A stretch of 64,000 nucleotides of DNA, from positions 906 to 64,905 of the forward strand of contig PSRA01000238.1 in NCBI GenBank assembly GCA_003175695.1, read 5' to 3'. Of this stretch, positions 58,371 to 64,000 are shown piece after piece. Both the position numbers and the translations under genes were made by a program. The notes under the pieces are model-generated. The model saw only the letters and a list, made by a program, of their open reading frames with translations, searched no databases and had not been told where the DNA came from. Within the stretch, counting starts at the first letter, position 1. Every line of letters begins with the position of its first letter. This DNA comes from Bacteroidota bacterium (lineage in GTDB: Bacteria > Bacteroidota > Bacteroidia > Chitinophagales > Chitinophagaceae).

Positions 58371-59780
58371 GTGCGAACCAGAAAGAAAAATATTTTGCTT
58401 GAGAACATACTTGTATCGGACTATGCCGCTGAAGGCAAATCAATAGCCAAAGCAGATGGCAAAGTGATATTTATAGAGAATGCTATTCCCGGCGATTTGA
58501 TTGATGTCAGGCTTACCAAGAATAAAAAGGATTGGGCCCAGGGATATATCACTAGATTCAGGGAGCTGTCTCCCGATAGAAAACCTCCATTTTGTGAACA
58601 TTTTGGCGTATGTGGGGGATGCCAATGGCAGATGCTTCCTTACGAAAGACAGCTTTTTTATAAGCAACAGCAGGTAGAGGAAACTCTTAAGCGCATTGGC
58701 AAGGTTCCCCTGCCTGAGGTCTTGCCGATTGCCGGGGCATCGTCAACTACCAGGTACCGGAATAAAATTGAATACACTTTTTCCAATCGATGTTATTTAT
58801 CCGCCGAGGCACTGAAGGACCCCCTGATTTCATCTTCACAAAATGTGGCAGGTTTTCATGCCAAAGGAATCTTTGACAAAGTAGTTGACATCGGAACTTG
58901 TCATTTGCAGGAAGAGCCGGGTAACAAGCTTCGATTGGCGGTAAAAGAATGGGGAATCGAACATGGTCTTAGCTTTTACGATATACAACGTCATGAAGGA
59001 TTCCTGCGAACGATGCAAGTTCGGATTTGTATAACTGGCGAGATAATGGTCAATATCGTTTTTGGATACCGGGATGACCAAAAAATAAATCGGCTTCTCA
59101 CACATATCCGGAGTCAGTTCCCATATTTGACAACCATTTTGTATACTATTAATGAAAAGAGAAATGACAGCCTGTATGACCTGAATCCTCAAATTTTTGA
59201 TGGTAAAGGTTATGTCGTGGAGAAGCTGGAGGACTTCGCATTCAAAATTGGCCCCAAATCATTTTTTCAAACAAATACAAAACAAGCGGAAAAACTTTAT
59301 CAGATTACAAGAGATTTTGCGGGCCTCACTGGTAAGGAAATCGTTTATGATCTCTATTGTGGTACAGGCAGCATTGGGATTTTCCTCAGTCGCCTTGCAA
59401 AGAAAATCATCGGCGTGGAATTAGTAGATGAGGCTGTTTCTGATGCAAGGGAAAATGCCGCATTTAACGAAATTGCACATGCGCATTTTTTTGCAGGTGA
59501 CGTCATTAATATTTGTGATAGTACATTTTTTGAATTGCAGGGCGCGCCGGATGTCATAATCACAGACCCTCCCCGTGCAGGCATGCATGAAAAATTGTGC
59601 AGTAAGATTTTGGAAATGGCGGCTCCGCGGGTCGTTTACGTAAGTTGTAATCCGGCAACGCAGGCAAGGGACCTGGCTATTCTGGATCAAAAATATGCAG
59701 TCGAAAAAATTCAACCCGTAGACATGTTCCCCCACACACATCACATTGAAAATGTCGCGTTGCTAAGCTTGAAAAATTGA
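58371..59780 (+). CDS. rlmD: 23S rRNA (uracil-1939-C5)-methyltransferase
   Basis: TRAM domain, CEHFGVCGGCQWQ Fe-S motif, SFFQTN, DLYCGTG, DPPRAG, YVSCNPATQARD, DMFPHTHHIE. Confidence 0.95.
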   Translation: MRTRKKNILLENILVSDYAAEGKSIAKADGKVIFIENAIPGDLIDVRLTKNKKDWAQGYITRFRELSPDRKPPFCEHFGVCGGCQWQMLPYERQLFYKQQQVEETLKRIGKVPLPEVLPIAGASSTTRYRNKIEYTFSNRCYLSAEALKDPLISSSQNVAGFHAKGIFDKVVDIGTCHLQEEPGNKLRLAVKEWGIEHGLSFYDIQRHEGFLRTMQVRICITGEIMVNIVFGYRDDQKINRLLTHIRSQFPYLTTILYTINEKRNDSLYDLNPQIFDGKGYVVEKLEDFAFKIGPKSFFQTNTKQAEKLYQITRDFAGLTGKEIVYDLYCGTGSIGIFLSRLAKKIIGVELVDEAVSDARENAAFNEIAHAHFFAGDVINICDSTFFELQGAPDVIITDPPRAGMHEKLCSKILEMAAPRVVYVSCNPATQARDLAILDQKYAVEKIQPVDMFPHTHHIENVALLSLKN

Positions 59781-59977
59781 CAAATCAGCACATGCAGAAA
59801 TCTTTCGGGAATTTTGCGGCAACGCGTTTTCTGCGATGATTTGATCACATGGATCTTCTGTTTCAATTAGACAACCGAACCCTCCATTTTGACAACCGTT
59901 CTTGGAAAGGTATTGTTATTTTTGTCAGCCCAAGAGATTGAAGTCTTAAATTGCAGCAAATTATAAAACAAGGCAGT

Positions 59978-60682
59978 ATGGCAGAATTCAGGCCGAGCAG
60001 TTTCCAAATGATCCCTCCGGTTATTAAGAACCTTATCATAATAAATGTAGTCGTATTTCTGCTCCAATCATTCGTCAGTTTTCCAAATTTCAGTATTGAG
60101 AATTTCTTTGCGCTGCACGATATTAATTCGGTCTTCTTCAAGCCCCATCAATTGGTGACCTATATGTTCTTACATGGCAGTTGGGGTCATATATTTTTCA
60201 ACATGTTTGCCTTGTGGATGTTTGGCTCTATACTGGAAAATTATTGGGGCGGCAAGCGCTTTCTCACTTTTTATATTCTTTGTGGAGTTGGCTCCGCTCT
60301 ACTGCACCTGGTCATTCTTCATTACCAGAACAGCCATCTAATTCAACAATTTAACGCTTTGGATCCTGCTTCCCGGGACGAAGTAAGGGAACAAGTCGCT
60401 TCGCAAATTAATGGTGCAACACTCGGTGCTTCCGGCGCAGTCTTCGGATGCCTCGCTGCGTTTGGTTACCTTTTCCCTAATAGCACATTAATCATTCTGC
60501 CCTTTCCTTTCCCTATCAAGGCTAAATGGTTTGTATTGTTCTATGCCGGCATAGAATTATACCAGGGAATACGAAATTCAGCTGGCGACAATGTGGCGCA
60601 TTGGGCGCACCTTGGCGGAGCCGTAGTCGGAATTTTGATCGTTATGTATTGGGGTAAACATGACAGGAGAAATTTTTATTAA
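59978..60682 (+). CDS. Rhomboid intramembrane serine protease (catalytic residues intact)
   Basis: FLHGSWGHIFFNM, GASGA (Ser), AHWAHLGG (His). Confidence 0.93.
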   Translation: MAEFRPSSFQMIPPVIKNLIIINVVVFLLQSFVSFPNFSIENFFALHDINSVFFKPHQLVTYMFLHGSWGHIFFNMFALWMFGSILENYWGGKRFLTFYILCGVGSALLHLVILHYQNSHLIQQFNALDPASRDEVREQVASQINGATLGASGAVFGCLAAFGYLFPNSTLIILPFPFPIKAKWFVLFYAGIELYQGIRNSAGDNVAHWAHLGGAVVGILIVMYWGKHDRRNFY

Positions 60683-60825
60683 ACCATTCCCGCATGCAAG
60701 TGTTAATTATTTGCACGGGAAAACAAAATGGGCAAACAGGCACGATCTTTTATTGAAAATTTAAAGGGTCGACACTAAATACTTTAAGGACCCGTTTTTA
60801 AAATATTGATATCACATTGTTTGGT

Positions 60826-61752
60826 ATGGATGTAAAGGAGGATAATTATCGCAAAAGAATGGGCCTTGGTCAGGATGGAAATGCCCTTATGCATTTGATA
60901 ATAATCAATGCGGTGCTTTTCGTGATATTAAAATTCGTTTTTGTAATTTATTTACTCGCTGGTTTACGGCCTGAAGCCTATTACAACAATGTTTTTTCAT
61001 GGTTTGCACTCCCCGCGGGGATCGAAAGATTCTTGAGCAGACCCTGGACACTACTCACCGATATGTTCGCGGATTACAGGGTGTTCCGCTTCATTTCGAA
61101 CATGTTTTGGTTGTGGTGTTTTGGATACATTTTGCAGGACCTTACCGGTAACAGAAAATTAATCCCGATTTATATTTATGGTGGCCTGGCTGGGGGAATT
61201 GCCTTCGTCACTGCACATTATTTGATTCCCGGATTGCAAGCGCAAGTCTCAAGTTCGGCACTTTCCGGAGCCAACCCCGCCATTGTTGCTGTGGCGGTGG
61301 CGACTACCACGGTTGCCCCGGACTATAGAATTTTTCCAATGATCAATGGTGGCATACCGCTGTGGGTTCTCACGTTGATCTATATCCTGATAAATTTCTC
61401 GAGCATTAGTTATGGAGACTCCAGCGCTTATATGGCCAACCTGGCTGGTGCGGGAATGGGATTCCTATTTATTTACCAGATGCGAAGAGGACGCGATTGG
61501 AGTGCCTGGATGAACAGGTTCTTTGATTGGTGCAATAACCTTTTTGATCCGGATAAAAAGAAAAATGATAAATCAGGAAAAGACGAATTCTTTTACAATG
61601 TATCTGGTACTCAGCCATACAAGAAGATTCCACATATCACGCAGAAGCGTATTGATGACATCCTCGACAAGATCAATCAACAGGGCTACCGATTCCTCAC
61701 CAATGAAGAAAAAGACATACTGAAAAGGGCTGCGGAAGAAGAAGATTTGTAA
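60826..61752 (+). CDS. Rhomboid-family protein lacking catalytic Ser/His, with C-terminal soluble tail
   Basis: RPWTLLT..F, NMFWL, GGLAGG retained; GxSx reads GANP and AHLGG reads ANLAG; tail IDDILDKINQQGY..LT.EEK..L. Confidence 0.85.
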   Translation: MDVKEDNYRKRMGLGQDGNALMHLIIINAVLFVILKFVFVIYLLAGLRPEAYYNNVFSWFALPAGIERFLSRPWTLLTDMFADYRVFRFISNMFWLWCFGYILQDLTGNRKLIPIYIYGGLAGGIAFVTAHYLIPGLQAQVSSSALSGANPAIVAVAVATTTVAPDYRIFPMINGGIPLWVLTLIYILINFSSISYGDSSAYMANLAGAGMGFLFIYQMRRGRDWSAWMNRFFDWCNNLFDPDKKKNDKSGKDEFFYNVSGTQPYKKIPHITQKRIDDILDKINQQGYRFLTNEEKDILKRAAEEEDL

Positions 61753-61766
61753 CTTACAAGCCCGCC

Positions 61767-62891
61767 ATGGCATTACTCAGGAAATTTACTAAACGATTCG
61801 TCATAGTGGCGAATGTAATTGTCGTGTTCCTTTTCCTTCTCGCCTGTGCCAACAGTTTTTTACATCCTGACAGATGGTGGTTCATTTCCTTGTTAGGACT
61901 TATATTTCCTCTGCTATTGACACTGGTTATCGGCTTTTTTATTTTTTGGCTTTTCTTCTATTCGAGGCGGCTTTCGCTTATTTCACTTTTTGCATTAATC
62001 ATTGGATGGACAAATATTCATGCATTCTTGGCTCTTAGTCCCAGGCACTCTTTCAAACCTGAAAAGGATACGAGTGCCATCCGTGTTCTAACCTGGAACG
62101 TGAGACGCTGGGATGATTTTACTACCAAAAAAATGGGGGCATCGGGTCACCACGAGGCCATGCTTCAATTTGTAAAAAATCAAAATGCAGATGTGTTGTG
62201 CTTTCAGGAATTTTATGATTTGCTGACACCCAAAGGGACCCTCCCCAACATATCTTACATTCAGCATCAGCTAAATTATCCTTATTACTTTTTTTCCCGC
62301 GATTACAAAAGTTCAAAATATGAAACTGGCGTGATCATCTTCTCGCGTTACCCTATCACGGGTACGTACAAGGTAAGGTACGCAGAAGATACTTTGAAAG
62401 GATCGGAAAGCCTGATCATGGCAGATATCAATATAAACGGTCGGGTGGCCCGCGTTTGCACTACACATTTACAATCGGTTCTATTCAGAAGTAAGGACTT
62501 CCACGATGTTGAGATCATTCAAAACGTGGAAGATAGTATGTTGCAGGCTTCCAAATCCCTTATCAGGAAATTGAAAAGAGCATTCGGATTGCGTGGAAAC
62601 CAGGCCGACTTTGTGCGGGCAACAATTGACCAAAGTGCTTACCCCGTTATTATGTGTGGTGATTTTAATGATGTGCCTAATTCCTATACTTATTTCCGGA
62701 TCAGGGGTAACAGGCAGGATGCATTTATTCAAAAGGGACTTGGCATAGGGAGAACATATATTCACATCTCGCCCACTCTGCGGATTGATTATATACTGGC
62801 GGACAGGAAATTTGACATTCTTCAGTGCAGGAAATTTCCATTGCCTTTTTCTGATCATCATCCGGTGGTCGCAGATTTAAAATTGAAATAG
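61767..62891 (+). CDS. Membrane-anchored endonuclease/exonuclease/phosphatase (EEP) family protein
   Basis: Three N-terminal TM segments; VLTWNV, LCFQE, THLQS, CGDFND, RIDYI, SDHHP. Confidence 0.92.
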   Translation: MALLRKFTKRFVIVANVIVVFLFLLACANSFLHPDRWWFISLLGLIFPLLLTLVIGFFIFWLFFYSRRLSLISLFALIIGWTNIHAFLALSPRHSFKPEKDTSAIRVLTWNVRRWDDFTTKKMGASGHHEAMLQFVKNQNADVLCFQEFYDLLTPKGTLPNISYIQHQLNYPYYFFSRDYKSSKYETGVIIFSRYPITGTYKVRYAEDTLKGSESLIMADININGRVARVCTTHLQSVLFRSKDFHDVEIIQNVEDSMLQASKSLIRKLKRAFGLRGNQADFVRATIDQSAYPVIMCGDFNDVPNSYTYFRIRGNRQDAFIQKGLGIGRTYIHISPTLRIDYILADRKFDILQCRKFPLPFSDHHPVVADLKLK

Positions 62892-62993
62892 GTAATCTCA
62901 TGTTGTTTCCGATGAGGGTCATAATATTGTCAATACAGGCGGATCATCTATTTTTGCGCTGATTGACTTTCAAAAAATTTGGTCTTGCATTTT

Positions 62994-64000
62994 ATGAGCT
63001 CCTTAAAAGTATACAATTCATATTCGAGGCAGAAAGAGAATTTTGAGCCAATTGTGCCCGGGCATGTCGGCATGTATGTTTGCGGACCGACGGTGAGTGG
63101 AGAAAGCCACCTCGGTCATGCGAGGCCTTATATTACATTCGATGTAATCTTTAGGTATCTCATCTATCTCGGATACAAAGTGAGATATGTAAGAAATATA
63201 ACAGACGCGGGACATTTTGAAGAAGAGGGAAGACAAGCGGAAGACAAGATTTCCAAGAAGGCGGTTATTGAAAAGCTCGAGCCGATGGAGCTGGTTCAAA
63301 AGTATACCAACCTTTTCCATTGGGCGATGCGCAAATTCAATACGCTGGATCCGAGTATTGAGCCAACTGCCACCGGGCATATCGTTGAGCAGATTGATAT
63401 GATCAGGAAAATTATGGCAGACGGCTATGCTTACGAAGCTAACGGATCAGTTTATTTTGATGTAAAAAAATATGCTGAACATTATCCATACGGAAAACTC
63501 AGCGGCAGAATTCTGGAAGATCTGATAGAATCTACCCGCGAATTAGAATCACAGGGAGAAAAACATAACTGGCAGGACTTTGCCTTATGGAAGGCAGCAC
63601 CGCCGGAACATATTATGCGCTGGAATAGTCCCTGGGGAGAAGGCTTCCCCGGATGGCATATAGAATGTTCAGCGATGAGTACGAAGTATCTTGGAAAAGA
63701 ATTTGATATTCACGGCGGTGGCATGGACCTTCTTTTCCCGCATCATGAGAGTGAGATCGCGCAGAGCACGATATGCAATAAGCATATGCCCGCCCGTTAT
63801 TGGATTCACAATAACATGATTACCATCAACGGGAAAAAAATGGGAAAGAGTTATAACAATGTGATCACGTTGACTGAATTATTCAGTGGAAGAAATCCCG
63901 TGCTGGAGCAGGCCTATTCGCCAATGACCATTCGCTTTTTTATCCTTCAAACTCATTATCGGAGTACCCTTGACTTCAGCAATGAAGCGCTACAGGCGGC
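62994..64000 (+). CDS. cysS: Cysteine--tRNA ligase (3'-truncated by window edge; absent from the ORF track)
   Basis: Translated from ATG 62994: MSSLKVYNS...MYVCGPTV...HLGH...DFALWK...[12 protein letters not shown]...DIHGGG.DL.FPHHE...KMGKS. TATTTTTG at 62949-62956. Confidence 0.96.
   Translation, partial: MSSLKVYNSYSRQKENFEPIVPGHVGMYVCGPTVSGESHLGHARPYITFDVIFRYLIYLGYKVRYVRNITDAGHFEEEGRQAEDKISKKAVIEKLEPMELVQKYTNLFHWAMRKFNTLDPSIEPTATGHIVEQIDMIRKIMADGYAYEANGSVYFDVKKYAEHYPYGKLSGRILEDLIESTRELESQGEKHNWQDFALWKAAPPEHIMRWNSPWGEGFPGWHIECSAMSTKYLGKEFDIHGGGMDLLFPHHESEIAQSTICNKHMPARYWIHNNMITINGKKMGKSYNNVITLTELFSGRNPVLEQAYSPMTIRFFILQTHYRSTLDFSNEALQA

Noticed and set aside
63078-63125. Unusual CysRS motifs ([18 protein letters not shown])
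   Set aside because: The HIGH-like and KMSKS-like motifs and the zinc ligands are still present, so this is likely ordinary lineage variation.
1-64000. CRISPR array, rRNA, tRNA, IS/transposase, integrase or prophage
   Set aside because: No regularly spaced repeat-spacer array, RNA gene signature or mobile-element protein motif was seen. The dispersed palindromes are single intergenic units.

Overview
A 64-kb core-genome stretch from a Bacteroidota bacterium, most likely Chitinophagaceae. This is inferred from gene content, TAnnTTTG -7 promoter elements and A-rich translation starts without Shine-Dalgarno sequences. It runs from the 3' part of radA to the 5' part of cysS and holds about 52 genes. 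Housekeeping genes: holB, ricT-like, serC, obgE, kdsB, rlmD, cysS. Functional blocks: a TetR-TolC-MFP-RND efflux operon with a clear operator; a MocR regulator divergent from a tandem-GNAT plus branched-chain aminotransferase pair; a beta-mannan operon (GH26, sodium:solute symporter, GH130, AGE epimerase, two esterases, AraC); a circularly permuted ATP-grasp/alpha-E/transglutaminase operon; a ROK-GH32 pair; and a rhomboid-rhomboid-EEP operon. No rRNA, tRNA, CRISPR array, transposase or prophage was seen. Most notable observations: (1) a family of intergenic palindromic REP-like repeats into which a second ~30-bp element has inserted, with filled and empty copies both visible; (2) a mixed-codon poly-Gln tail on the transglutaminase of the ATP-grasp operon; (3) a KdnB (Kdo 8-oxidase)-like gene near kdsB; (4) two apparent pseudoenzymes, a second rhomboid lacking Ser/His and a serine hydrolase lacking SxxK; (5) a heavily decayed comF pseudogene; (6) several candidate structured leaders and operators. 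All family assignments come from motif recognition by eye; no database searches or folding programs were run.
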